From: Planctomycetota bacterium
GTDB taxonomy: Bacteria; Planctomycetota; UBA1135; UBA2386
NCBI GenBank assembly: GCA_965223545.1
Contig: OZ245006.1
Location: 6,368,001 to 6,432,000, forward strand
Direction: 5' to 3'
Length of the DNA: 64,000 nucleotides
Part shown: in pieces, positions 30,099-40,700 of the stretch
Layout: every line of letters starts with the position of its first letter
Position numbering within the stretch: position 1 is the first letter of the stretch
Position numbers and translations under genes: made by a program
Notes under the pieces: model-generated
Seen by the model: only the letters and a program-made list of their open reading frames with translations
What the model was told of the DNA's origin: nothing
Database searches by the model: none

Positions 30099-31129
30099 GC
30101 GCCGCAGCGGCGCGCGTGCTATGCGTGCGTCTCTCGGCGCTGGGTGACGTAGTGGAAACGGTGGGGGCGGTGCGGGCGTTGGCGCGCGCGGCTGCCGGTG
30201 TCGAGCTGTGGTGGCTGGTGCAGGAGGACGCCGCTCCCGTCTTGCAGGGCCTCGACTTCGACTGCGAGCTGATCCGTCACGATCGGACCGGGGGCGTGCG
30301 CGCGGTGTGGCGGACCGCCCGTGCCCTGCGCGCGCGCCGCTTCGACGTCGCGCTCGATCTGCAGGGCAACTGGAAGAGCGCTCTGCTGTGCAGGTTGTCC
30401 GGCGCCGGGCGTTGTCTCGGCGTGGCGCGCGGGGCGCGGCGCGAGCCGGCCAGTGCGCTGCTCTTGTCGAAGCGCGTGCCGTGCCCGGCGGACGCCCATC
30501 CCGCGGCGGCGGCGTTGGCGGTCGTGCGCGCGTTCTGCCCCGGTGCGCTGCCGGCAGCGCCGGCGTTGATCGCCACCGAGGCGGAGGTGCGGCGCGAGGC
30601 GGTGGCGGTGGCGGCGGTCGGCGTGGATCCGCAACGCCCGTTCACCGTGGTCGTCGGCACCGACGGCCGCGATCCGCGGGACTGGCCCTCGCGCTGGTGG
30701 CCTGCGGCGACCGCCGGTGGGCCAGCCGTGGTTCTGCTCGGCCCGGCCGAGGCAGCGGCACCGCCGGACTGCGGGCTCGCCGTGCTGCGGCACGGGCGCG
30801 GCGAGCTGCGGCGCCTGGTCGGCCTCGGCGCACTGGTGGCGCGTGCCGGCGGCCGCGTGTTGGGGCCGGATCGGGGCGCGACGCATGTCTTGGCGGCCTG
30901 CGGCGCCGAGTGCCACGCGCTGTTCGGCGCGCAGGACCCGCGCCGGACCGGGCCGGTGGGATCGACCGCGTGGCGCCGTGCCGATGCTCCGGAATGCCTT
31001 CCGTGCCGCGCGCGGCAGTGCGCACACGACGATGGACCGGTGTGCATGCACTTCGCTCCACCCGGCGCGCACCGGCTCGGCACGATCGGCGTCGAAGGTG
31101 GAATCTCGCCGCCCGACGCGATCGTATAG
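30095..31129 (+). CDS. Glycosyltransferase family 9 (LPS heptosyltransferase-like)
   Basis: [30 protein letters not shown]....RTGP, C.PC....C. Confidence 0.85.
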   Translation: MSAAAARVLCVRLSALGDVVETVGAVRALARAAAGVELWWLVQEDAAPVLQGLDFDCELIRHDRTGGVRAVWRTARALRARRFDVALDLQGNWKSALLCRLSGAGRCLGVARGARREPASALLLSKRVPCPADAHPAAAALAVVRAFCPGALPAAPALIATEAEVRREAVAVAAVGVDPQRPFTVVVGTDGRDPRDWPSRWWPAATAGGPAVVLLGPAEAAAPPDCGLAVLRHGRGELRRLVGLGALVARAGGRVLGPDRGATHVLAACGAECHALFGAQDPRRTGPVGSTAWRRADAPECLPCRARQCAHDDGPVCMHFAPPGAHRLGTIGVEGGISPPDAIV

Positions 31130-31139
31130 CCAGGCGCCA

Positions 31140-31490
31140 ATGCTGGAGGTGTTCGACAACCCCAAGCCGGAGCGCCGGTACGAGATCGAGTTTCGCTGCC
31201 CGGAGTTCACCTGTGTCTGCCCCAAGACGGGGCAGCCCGACTTCGCCACGCTGCACTTCCGCTACGTGCCCGATCGGGTCTGCGTCGAGCTCAAGTCGCT
31301 CAAGCTCTATCTGTGGAGCTACCGCGAGCGAGGCGCGTTCCACGAGGCGGTGGTGAACGAGATTCTCGACGACCTGGTCCGGCTGCTGGCACCACACTCG
31401 ATCGAAGTCGAGGGCGTGTTCAACGTCCGCGGCGGCATCTACACCACCGTGCGCGCGCGCCACCCGGATCCGGCGGGTGACCCCGCGTGA
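31140..31490 (+). CDS. queF: NADPH-dependent preQ0 reductase (type I)
   Basis: [35 protein letters not shown]. Confidence 0.95.
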   Translation: MLEVFDNPKPERRYEIEFRCPEFTCVCPKTGQPDFATLHFRYVPDRVCVELKSLKLYLWSYRERGAFHEAVVNEILDDLVRLLAPHSIEVEGVFNVRGGIYTTVRARHPDPAGDPA

Positions 31491-32776
31491 CCCGCGCGCG
31501 CCGAAAGCCGTCGCCGCGCGCGCTGCGTCGGATGGCGTGGATCGCGCTGGTCGGCATGCTGTTCATCCCGGCGTTTCCCGACCCGCCGCTGCGCAGCGGA
31601 GCGTACGTGCAAGACGTGCGCACCGACGCAGCGGTGCTCGCCTGCATCGACGCTGCCCCGCAGGTGCGGTCGGCCGAGGTCTGGGATGCCGGCGGCAGCT
31701 CGGTGTGGCGGTCGGCGGGTGCCGGGGCGCGCCGCCGCCACGCATTCGCGGTGCGCGGCTTGCAGGCGGCACGGGAGTACACCTACGCGATCCGGGGCGC
31801 CGACGGTGAGGTCGAGTATCGGGGGCGGTTGCGGACGCCGCCGGCCGACGACTCGGCCCCCGTGCACTTCTGCGTGGTCGGCGACTCGGGCGGGCTGCCG
31901 TGGTGGATCTGGATGCAGAACAATCCGTTGTTCTACTTGGCGGCGCGCAACGAGTGGTTGCCGCCGCGCGGCGACGTGGTCGCGGTCGCCGACCGGATGG
32001 CGGAGGAGCGACCGGCATTCTGGCTGCACGTCGGCGACGTCGCCTACCCCTGGGGTCATCAGGAGCACTACAACGCCGCGTTCTTTCGCCCGTTCGCAGC
32101 CCTGCTGGCCGACGCGCCGTGCTACCTCGCGCTCGGCAACCACGACGTGCTCGACGATCGCGGCCGGCAGGCGCTCGCCAACTTCCACCTGCCACGCGGC
32201 GAGTGGACTGGCGACGAGCGGTGCTACGCGTTTTCCTGGGGCAGCGTGCGGATCGTCGTGTTGGATCTCAATGCGGCGGTCGATGCCGGTCACCCCGCCC
32301 TCGGCGCGCTGCGGCGCGGCTTCGCGGGCCACGCCGAGCCGTGGCGCGTGGTGGTGGCGCACCACCCGGTGTACTCGGCGTCACGGCAGGGTGACCGCCG
32401 CGATCTGGTCGAGCACCTGGCGCCGGCGTTAATCGAGGCGCACGTCGACCTGTTGTTGGTCGGCCACGATCACAACTACCAGCGCTTCGCGCCGCTCGGC
32501 GGCGTGCGCGGGCCGGTCATGGTGGTGACGGGCGGCGGCGGTAAGAGCCTGTACGATCTGGTGCCGCACAGCGAGTTGCGCGCCAGCTACCGCGGCTTCC
32601 ATTTCCTGTCGGTGGAGGTCGCCGGCCCGGAACTCCGCGTCACCGCGCTCGGCACGGACGGCTCCGCCGTCGATCGCTTCGCGCTGCACCTCCGCGACCG
32701 CGCCGACCGCGGCCAGCGCGACCCCACACAGCGCGATCGCGACCGGCGCGTCGGCGCCCTGTTGTCCGAACACTGA
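31487..32776 (+). CDS. Metallophosphoesterase (purple acid phosphatase-like)
   Basis: [24 protein letters not shown]. Confidence 0.9.
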   Translation: MTRARRKPSPRALRRMAWIALVGMLFIPAFPDPPLRSGAYVQDVRTDAAVLACIDAAPQVRSAEVWDAGGSSVWRSAGAGARRRHAFAVRGLQAAREYTYAIRGADGEVEYRGRLRTPPADDSAPVHFCVVGDSGGLPWWIWMQNNPLFYLAARNEWLPPRGDVVAVADRMAEERPAFWLHVGDVAYPWGHQEHYNAAFFRPFAALLADAPCYLALGNHDVLDDRGRQALANFHLPRGEWTGDERCYAFSWGSVRIVVLDLNAAVDAGHPALGALRRGFAGHAEPWRVVVAHHPVYSASRQGDRRDLVEHLAPALIEAHVDLLLVGHDHNYQRFAPLGGVRGPVMVVTGGGGKSLYDLVPHSELRASYRGFHFLSVEVAGPELRVTALGTDGSAVDRFALHLRDRADRGQRDPTQRDRDRRVGALLSEH

Positions 32777-32895
32777 GAGGCGGCGCGTAGCGTCGGCGCC
32801 CGCGATCAGGACCTCCCTGGCCCGCAAGGCTGAGTCCGCTGCCATCGGCTGGAACGCGCCGCCGCGTCGCGAGCGCTATACTCCTGCAACACCCA

Positions 32896-34086
32896 ATGCC
32901 CGTTCTCCGCGAATCTCGCTACCTGCGCGTAAAGCTCGACATGGTGGGCCGGTGCCAGCTGCGCTGCATCATGTGCCACTTCGCCCACCCCGACTTCGTC
33001 GAGAACAAGACGACCATGGGGCGGGAGTTGCTCGAGAAGGTTGCCGGCGAGCTGTTTCCGCGCGCCCACGATGTCGTGCTGTCGTCGAGTGCCGAACCGC
33101 TAATGGCGCCGGATTTGCCGCGCGCGTTGGAGCTTTGCCGCGAGCACGACGTCCCCAACTTCCACTTCTCGACCAACGGGCTGAGTCTGACGCGCGCGAT
33201 CGTCGACAAGACCATCGAAGTGCAGATGCCGCTGCTGACGATCTCGATCGATGCGGGCACCAAGGAGACCTTCGAGCGCATTCGCACTCCGGCCAAGTGG
33301 GAGCGCGTCATCAGTCGTTTCGATCTGATCCGCGATGCCAAGCGCGAACTCGGCTCCGATCTACCGGCGGTGAGTGCCACCGCCGTCCTGATGCGGAGCA
33401 ACATCCGGGAGATGCCGGGCCTGGTGCGGCTGATGCGCGACAAGGGCGTCACTCAGATGAACTTCGTGCACATGGCGGTCATGGGCGGGCTGGGCATCGA
33501 GCACGAGAGCCTGCTCAACGATCCCCAGCTGTGCAACGAGATGCTGGCGGAGATCCGCGCCACCGCGGACGAGGTTGGCATGTTGGCGCAGATTCCAATG
33601 CCGATCCCGGTCGATCTGCGCAGTGGTGAGGCCGAGGTCACCGATGCGGCGCGCAGCAGCGAAGGCGGTGGGTCGGCGTTGCTTCCCGACGAGGAGCGGC
33701 TGAAGGCGGGCGCGTTGGACGTCGCCGAGTACCTCAACGGCAAGAACCGCGAGTTCTTGCTCCGCGCCAAGCAGAAGCAGCACCACAACCGGCCGTGCTA
33801 CTTTCCGTGGTATTACATCCACGTCAACCCGGATGGCACCGTGTTCCCGTGCGGGAGCTGGTTCGAGTTCTCCTCGTTCGGCGACTTCAAGACGCAGACG
33901 TTTCGTGAGATCTGGACCGGAAAGCCGTACCGGGAGCTGCGCCGGCAGCTGTACCACATGCAGCTGCGCGACGTCTGCGCCAACTGCTCGGTGGCGAACA
34001 TGGGGCGGCCCGACGTCAAGGCCTCGTTCAGTCACCGCGTCAAAGTGCGCCGGCAGCGTCAGGCCGCTGCCCGAGCCGGCGACTGA
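32896..34086 (+). CDS. Radical SAM protein with SPASM/twitch domain
   Basis: CQLRCIMC; C.FPW....NPDG.V.PC...IW...C..C. Confidence 0.9.
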   Translation: MPVLRESRYLRVKLDMVGRCQLRCIMCHFAHPDFVENKTTMGRELLEKVAGELFPRAHDVVLSSSAEPLMAPDLPRALELCREHDVPNFHFSTNGLSLTRAIVDKTIEVQMPLLTISIDAGTKETFERIRTPAKWERVISRFDLIRDAKRELGSDLPAVSATAVLMRSNIREMPGLVRLMRDKGVTQMNFVHMAVMGGLGIEHESLLNDPQLCNEMLAEIRATADEVGMLAQIPMPIPVDLRSGEAEVTDAARSSEGGGSALLPDEERLKAGALDVAEYLNGKNREFLLRAKQKQHHNRPCYFPWYYIHVNPDGTVFPCGSWFEFSSFGDFKTQTFREIWTGKPYRELRRQLYHMQLRDVCANCSVANMGRPDVKASFSHRVKVRRQRQAAARAGD

Positions 34087-34205
34087 ACCCGGCGTGGTGG
34101 CCGCGCCGATCGGTGGTCGCGGCCGAGGCGGGGCACGCTATTGTAGAGGCACATGCCCGCCGCGGGCGCACCGCCCCACTACTGTCCACTGTTGCCACCA
34201 CTGTC

Positions 34206-35210
34206 ATGAATGCCGCCGTCTTCGTCGACTTCGAGAACCTGTATCTGTCACTCAAGAGCCGCAACGACGGCACAGGTGTGCGCACGCGCGAGCTGAGCTT
34301 GCAGATCTTGGAGGGCATGTTGGCGCGCTTGCGCAAGCGCGGTCACCCGATGGTGATCGGCCGGTCGTACGCGGCGTTCGACACCTATCCCGGAGTCGAG
34401 GTCGCGCACGATCTTGCGCTGATGGGGCTGGACCCTCAGTACGTCTTGATCAGCCATTCGGGCAAGAACTCCGCCGACGTCCAGCTGGCGCTCGACGTGG
34501 CGCGCGTCGTGTTCCAGCGCCGAGACATCGAGCTCATCGTTATCGTCTCGGGGGATCGCGACTTCATCCCTCTCGCGCGCCAAGTGCTCGAAGAGGGGCG
34601 CGAGCTCCGCATCGTCGCGATTCCGGATACCACCAGCGGCGATTTGCGCGAACGCGTCGGTGAGCAGCGCTTCGTCAACGCCCTCGAGCTGATCCAGTCG
34701 CCGGTCAATCTGCTCAAGCCCGCCGAAGCCCCGGCCGCGGAGCGTCCGAGCCGCGAGCGCCGCCGGCGCGAAATCGACAGCGCCAACGGATCCGCCGTCG
34801 TCGATGCCGCGCCCAGCAACACGGACGAGGCGGCGCCACCCGACGACGAGCCGAGCCCGCCCAACGTCGTCGGCCATGTCCCCGTGACTTGGCAGACACA
34901 GCGCAGCGTCAGTCCGGAGGAGCACGAGGATCGGTTGCGCGAGTGCCTGGAGATGCTGGTCAAGGCGCGGCTACGGCACAACTCACCCGACATCTGGCTG
35001 TCGCCGTTCCTCAAGGGACCGATGAGCCAGCACTTCTCCAACCTCGTCCATCCCGAACGTCGAGCGTTGATCAACGAGCTGCGCAACCGCGGAGTGATCC
35101 AGGTCGAAGAGCGCGACAACGCCTACGCCGACCACCCCTACTCAGTGATCGTCATCGCCGAGGATCACCCGATGGCGCAGGCCGCGTGGGACCGCACAAC
35201 CCGCAAGTGA
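34206..35210 (+). CDS. NYN-domain (PIN-like, LabA/DUF88) putative RNase with extra C-terminal helical domain
   Basis: AVFVDFEN, GKNSADVQLALD, IVSGDRDF. Confidence 0.88.
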   Translation: MNAAVFVDFENLYLSLKSRNDGTGVRTRELSLQILEGMLARLRKRGHPMVIGRSYAAFDTYPGVEVAHDLALMGLDPQYVLISHSGKNSADVQLALDVARVVFQRRDIELIVIVSGDRDFIPLARQVLEEGRELRIVAIPDTTSGDLRERVGEQRFVNALELIQSPVNLLKPAEAPAAERPSRERRRREIDSANGSAVVDAAPSNTDEAAPPDDEPSPPNVVGHVPVTWQTQRSVSPEEHEDRLRECLEMLVKARLRHNSPDIWLSPFLKGPMSQHFSNLVHPERRALINELRNRGVIQVEERDNAYADHPYSVIVIAEDHPMAQAAWDRTTRK

Positions 35211-35311
35211 AAGTACGGATCCAGGCTCCCGTTCATCACTTGGTTCCACAACTCCCACCTTGGCGGCTGCCCGAGCCAAGTGATGAACGGGAGCCTGGAT
35301 CCGTACTTTCA
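35208..35311. repeat. Perfect 36-bp inverted repeat with 32-nt spacer
   Basis: 35208-35243 is the exact reverse complement of 35276-35311. Confidence 0.95.
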
Positions 35312-36822
35312 TCTGGATCCGTGCCTTCACAGCGGGCTGTCAGGGCGTCGTGGATGGCGAGGATTGCGTGCGCGCGGTGGCGGCCGTGGGCCTGCAGCTG
35401 CTCGGTCAGCTTGTCTCGGGTCGTGGCGCGGGTGCGGGTGCGTAGCATGCGGCGAAACGCTGCCGTTGCCTCGCTGCTCGAGAACAGCTCTTCTTGGTCG
35501 TGCGCTGCGTCGCCGTCCTCACCGACCGACACCAGGGTTCGGTGCACGCTCGCCAGGTCGAACTTGCCGCGAAACTCCGGCGCGTAGACGCCGGCCTCGA
35601 TCAGCTGGCTGAGATCGAAGTGCGCCATGTGTAGCAGGGCGCGGGCCTGGGTCTTTTGCTGTGGCAGGTCCTCGAGGAGTGCGCGCAGGGTTTTCTCGAC
35701 GTGCCCGCCCCAAGTCACCAGGGTGCCCCGCAGCCGCGCCAGCTCGGACATCGTCGCCAGGAACTCCGAGCGCGGATCGTCCTTGCCGTTCGCGGTGAAC
35801 TCGAGGATCTCGCGCCGGCCACCCTCGTGGACGACCACGTCGGTCCACTGGTATGCGAGCTGTTGCCAGGGTCGCATGCTGTCGTACAGCGGCAGGGCTT
35901 CGAGCGTCGAGGAGACGTGGACGAAGTGCAGCGGGTAGTCCACGTCGTGGAGCTCCTCGCCGACGAATGGCTCGATGACCACCTCTCCCGTGCGCAGCGC
36001 GCGGAGCGCCCGCCGCTGCACTGGGGTCAGCCCCTTCTGTTTGGCGTCGATCTGGCCGAGCTCCTCGACCCCGTCTTCGTGCAGGGCCGTCTCCAGATCG
36101 CGGGACAGCCCGGGAAGGTGCAGCAGCGGCTGATCGGGGCCGGCTGCCAAGCACTCGGGTAGGTAGCCGCACTCGAAGGGATTCCGACACCAAGTGCCGG
36201 TCGGCAGTTCGGCGGTCGCCGGATCGTCGAGCAAGGCGGCGTAGCTGGCGACATGGGTGGCGACGCGGTCGATCTGCTCGCGCACCTTGGCAGTGATGTC
36301 GGCGTAACGAAACAGCTCCTGCACCGGGTAGGAGTCGCCGCCGCGGTGTCGGTACTTGGCGTTGATGTGCAGGATCGTCGCCGAGTGAACCGTGGTGCCC
36401 GCGCGCTCGATGACGTGCACGTGGAAGGCGACGTCGCGCACGTAGCGGGTCTTGATCTTGGTGCCCGACTTGACCTCGAACAGGTCGATCCCGCCGTTCG
36501 GCTGCGGGATGACGACGTCCGCGCGCACCCGCGCACCCTCGAACGAGAACGCCGCGTCGAACACCGGCCGTGGCACGCCGGCGGTCAGTGCCGCCGCGGT
36601 CTGCTGGGCGGCGAGGTCGAAGTCGTCGGGGTCGCACTGCACGCTGGCCGGAAACGCCTGCCGCGCGAGCTGGACCAGCCGCAGGCCCACTTCCTGCATC
36701 TCCTGGCGCTCCGCATTCGGGGCCGGCATGCCATCGGGGTGGTGATAGTCCAGATAGAGGCGCTTCGCGCACTGCTGGCCCGATGCGAACAGGGACTTGT
36801 CGATTCCAGGCGGAATGGGCAC
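35236..36822 (-). CDS. DUF2779-type protein: Cas4/RecB-like PD-(D/E)XK nuclease + RNase H-like domain
   Basis: QCAKRLYL, RADVV..LFEVKSGT, C..PF.C.Y...C, YPLHF, PWQQL.YQW, DPR.EF; probable GTG start at 36822. Confidence 0.8.
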   Translation of the reverse strand: MPIPPGIDKSLFASGQQCAKRLYLDYHHPDGMPAPNAERQEMQEVGLRLVQLARQAFPASVQCDPDDFDLAAQQTAAALTAGVPRPVFDAAFSFEGARVRADVVIPQPNGGIDLFEVKSGTKIKTRYVRDVAFHVHVIERAGTTVHSATILHINAKYRHRGGDSYPVQELFRYADITAKVREQIDRVATHVASYAALLDDPATAELPTGTWCRNPFECGYLPECLAAGPDQPLLHLPGLSRDLETALHEDGVEELGQIDAKQKGLTPVQRRALRALRTGEVVIEPFVGEELHDVDYPLHFVHVSSTLEALPLYDSMRPWQQLAYQWTDVVVHEGGRREILEFTANGKDDPRSEFLATMSELARLRGTLVTWGGHVEKTLRALLEDLPQQKTQARALLHMAHFDLSQLIEAGVYAPEFRGKFDLASVHRTLVSVGEDGDAAHDQEELFSSSEATAAFRRMLRTRTRATTRDKLTEQLQAHGRHRAHAILAIHDALTARCEGTDPDESTDPGSRSSLGSGSRQGGSCGTK

Positions 36823-37037
36823 CGAGTGAATACAGCTGAAGAGGGAGCCGGTTGCGTGGAGAGTCGATCGAGGCCGTGAACGCGCGCCGCGCCGTCGTTG
36901 CGCCAGTCGCCGTTCGTCGGTCGTCGGGTCGCCGGTGTCGCTCACCCGCACGGTGAACCCGTCGAAGCCCTCCAAAGGGGCCGCGGCCGGCCCCACCGCT
37001 TGTCAGCCCAAGAACCTAGCCGCCGCGCCGATCCAGC

Positions 37038-37775
37038 TCAAGCGATCGCGCGCTTGCGCAGTACCATCAGTGCAATCCCCACCAAGGCGCCGATCACCGC
37101 CGGGTAGAGCAATCGCTGACCGACCGACGGGTTGCCGCGGGCCGGTCGCGACACCCGCAGCGTCGACGCCAGTGCCCGGTAGTCCGGCAGCAGGGCGTCG
37201 AACTCATCCTCGAAGGCGCGAAAGCCGAGGATCAGGGTGTCGCCGTTGGTCGGCACGAACACCTCCAGCGAGCGCAAGGGTTCCCCCCCGGCGGCCGGCA
37301 CCATCCGCGTGATGCACTCGAACACCGGATGCTGCGCCTCGCCGTACTCGGTGGCTCGCGCGTCGAGCACGGTGCGTTGCCAGAGCCCACCCTCGGTGTC
37401 CTGCATGCTCGTGATCTGGGCGACGCCCTCCTCGCCCTCGTCGGGCTCTCCCGCCACCTTGGCGATGGTCAGGCAGCGGCCATCGAAACCCTCCTCCAGC
37501 CACCGTGTGACGTCGGCGAACGGGTAGAACGGCAGCGGCCGCGCGCTGACCAGGTCGGGTGGAAAGCCCGCCTCGGGGCGCTTGGAGAGGCTGCGTGCCT
37601 GGTCCGGCGTGAGCTGTTGCCACTCGACCGGGAGCAGCAGCGCGAAGGCGCGATCGATGCTGAACACCTGCTGCTTGTCGCCGCGCAGCACTTGCCAGTC
37701 GTGCGCAGTCCCCTCCTGCGCCGCAATGGGGACGGCGGCCAGCGAGCCGAACGCGATCGCCAGGACAACGCGCAT
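37038..37775 (-). CDS. Hypothetical exported protein with C-terminal TM anchor
   Basis: Signal peptide (AAQE), C-terminal hydrophobic helix followed by RKR. Confidence 0.65.
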   Translation of the reverse strand: MRVVLAIAFGSLAAVPIAAQEGTAHDWQVLRGDKQQVFSIDRAFALLLPVEWQQLTPDQARSLSKRPEAGFPPDLVSARPLPFYPFADVTRWLEEGFDGRCLTIAKVAGEPDEGEEGVAQITSMQDTEGGLWQRTVLDARATEYGEAQHPVFECITRMVPAAGGEPLRSLEVFVPTNGDTLILGFRAFEDEFDALLPDYRALASTLRVSRPARGNPSVGQRLLYPAVIGALVGIALMVLRKRAIA

Positions 37776-37785
37776 GGAACGCAGC

Positions 37786-40700
37786 CTACTGCTGCTGCAG
37801 CAGCCGCGCGAACGCCGAGTCCAGGTAGGTCGCGGTGCCGGGGTGCCAGCCGACGCCGGCGCGCAGTCCGGGGTCGCCCTCGAACTGCACGATCCCACGG
37901 CGGTCGATCAGCAGCACGCGGGGCATGCCGTGGAAGCCGGGCTTCACGTAGTAGCTCGACATCGTCAGAAACGTGCGGTCGAGGCCGATGTGTGCCGCCG
38001 GCATCGGGTGCTCGGCCAGGTAGCCGTCGAGCTCCGCCGCGGTGGTCGCCGGATCACAAATGACCACGAGCGCCAAGCCGTGCTCCGCGCCCTGGTCGGC
38101 GAGGTGGTTGTAGAGCCGGGTCGTCGGGATCACCTCGTCCTGTCCCGGGGACCAGAACACCAGCATGACCGGACGGCCGACGAGGCCGGCAAGGGTCACG
38201 GCATCGCCCTGCGCCCACTCGACCTTGGCTAGCTCCGGCGGGCGCACCCCGGCGAAGCTGCCCTCTTGCCGGAGACTCTCGTCGGCCATGATGCGCTCCA
38301 TGGCCAGCGCGCGTTCGACGCGCGCCGCCGGGTCGTAGCGCTCGCGCGGGAGGATGCGGACGTTGCGGTAGAACGCCTTACCGGGGCCGGTGATCAGGCC
38401 GAAGGCGCCACTCACCGACTCGCGCGACGGAAACTCGAGGCCGCGCACGTAGCGGCCGTCGAAGTAGACGTCGAGGGTGGTGCCGGTGACGTCGATGCGC
38501 ACCGTGTGCCAGTCGGTGCCGACCGGCATCGAGCGGTGGTCGCGGATGTCCCACACTCCGCCCTGGCTGGTCGAGATGTCCATGAAGCCCTTCGGGTGCA
38601 GCACCACGGCGTGAAAGTCTTGGGCGCCCTTGCGGCCGAAGCACAGGCCCATCAGCGAGCCGTCGAAGTTGCCCGCGTCGTCGCCGGCGATCCGCATCTC
38701 GGCTTCGAGCGAGAAGTCCGAATCGAAGGTGACGTCGCAGGCGAGCTCGCGAGTGTCGAGCGTGTTGTCGGACCCGGCGACGTCGACGTTGGCGCGGATC
38801 ATGTCGCCGTAGGCGGTGTAGGCGCCGCCGCCGCCGGACCAGCCGGCCAGCGAGTGCTCGTCGTAGGCGACGCGCCAGCGCGCCAGGGAGACGCCGGTCT
38901 CGCGGGCGACGCGCGTGTAGAACTCGAGCGCTTTGGAAATCGAGAAGTTCGCGCTCATCCGCCGCGCGATCTCCAGCGCCATGGTCGGCAGCCCGCGCTC
39001 TTCGTAAGAGGTGGCCAATGCCAACCCGTTGTCGGAGAGCTGCCGTTTGATGCGCTGGTAGCGCGCCGCCAGCGGATCCAGATCGAGGACCTTCTTGGCC
39101 GCGCTCGACCGCAGTGGGTCGTCGCCGCGGCCGGTGGCGTCCAGCTCCCGCAACAGCTTGCGGTAGGTCGCCGCCGCGAGTGCGTTGCGTTCGAGCTTCT
39201 CCTGACAACGGGCCAGCTTGTCGAGGATGTCGATGTCGCCCGGGTTCTGCTCGGCGGCTTCCTCGTAGAACTCCGCGGCCAGCTCGAACTCGCCCCGCGT
39301 GACGGCCGCATCGCCGTAGTGGACGAGCTTCTTCTCGCGCTTGCCGGTGACGCTGTGCACGTTGCGCAAGCCGAGAATGTACTCGCGCCAGATCGGGTCG
39401 AGCTCCGCCAGCGTTTGCACCGGCGACAGCGGCGCACCACGCAGGACGATCTCCTCGAAGTTGGCCACTGGATCCGGGGTGTGACCGCGCTTGAACGAGC
39501 TGTAGTAGTCGTGCAGGGCATCGCGGTAGACGGTGCGGCCGTCATCCGCACGGTAGTTGTACAGGAAGTACACGACACCCCAGGTCGGCGCGTACCAGGG
39601 CGGTCCCCACTCGTAGTCGCCGGCGACGACCTGCGCGAACGTCGGCGCCTTGAATGGCGTCGCCCACTCGCCCGTTTCGTCGCGCACACCGTCATCGGCG
39701 CTCTCCATCCAACCGACGAGCATGCGCTGCGCCAACGGGTACAGCCGCCGCGGCGGGACTTGGTTCCACTCCACCGTGCCGTTGCTCAGGATGGTGCAGC
39801 CCTCGAAGAACGACGCGTAGGCCTCGTTGAGCCAACCCGGCACGAAGCCGCCGGTGAGGCTGACGAACTGGTGCGCCGCCTCGTGGAACAGAGTCTGGTA
39901 CATCTCGCGGATCGACTCGGTGCCGGTCACGCCGCCGATGTAGGTCTCCACCGCGCTGCCGATGAAGTGTCCACCCGACCATTCTGCCGGGGATTGCCCG
40001 AGCTCGAGGTACTCCTCGCGGGATTTGAAGATGCGGATCTCGATCTTCGGCGTGCGTCCACCGTCGAGCTTGTAGCGGAAGAACTTGCGATAGAAGCGGT
40101 TCATCTGCTCCATCGCGATCGCCGCGGTCTCCAGCACCAGGTAGCCGGCATCGGTCCGGTAGCGGTAGTTGTCGGTGTTCTTCCGCCAAGCGGTCGCCCA
40201 TGTGTCGTGCTTGGCGTTCTCCTTCTCGATCTGCTCCGGCGTCTTGCCGAAGCTCGGGTCGGCGCCGGCGAACACGTCCTCGACCGCGACCTCGGGGCCG
40301 CCCGTGCGCCGCACTTCGGTGATGGCGGCCGCCGCCGTCGTGTGCCGCGGGTCGATCTGCAGCATGTGGCTGTAGACCTCCAGAGCGGCGAGGAAGTCCT
40401 CGCGCTTCTGGTACTCCTTGCCGAGCGACTGCAGCTCGCGCAAGTAGGTCTTCACCAGTCGTTCCCAGGTCGAGGCCTCGGGGTCGAGCTCGGCCAGCGC
40501 CTCGGCGCGTTCCTTGCGCGTCTTGTAGGGCACGGGTGACGGCTTGGCGATGGCGACGAGGTCGGACCACCGGTGCATGGCGTGCACCGCGCGGTCCATG
40601 TCGTGCATCTCCTGCGCGAGTTCGGCCTCGAGCTCGAGGGCGCGCAGGCTGTTGGCGTTGCGCTCGAGCGCGCGCTGCACCGCCGCCATCGCTGCCGGGA

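Noticed and set aside
31140..31490. queF as part of a 7-deazaguanine DNA-modification (dpd) system
   Set aside because: No dpdA/tgt-like or other que genes nearby; ordinary queuosine pathway gene is the simpler reading.
35236..36822. Cas4-like motifs as evidence of CRISPR-Cas
   Set aside because: No cas1/cas2 or array; architecture fits stand-alone DUF2779 proteins.
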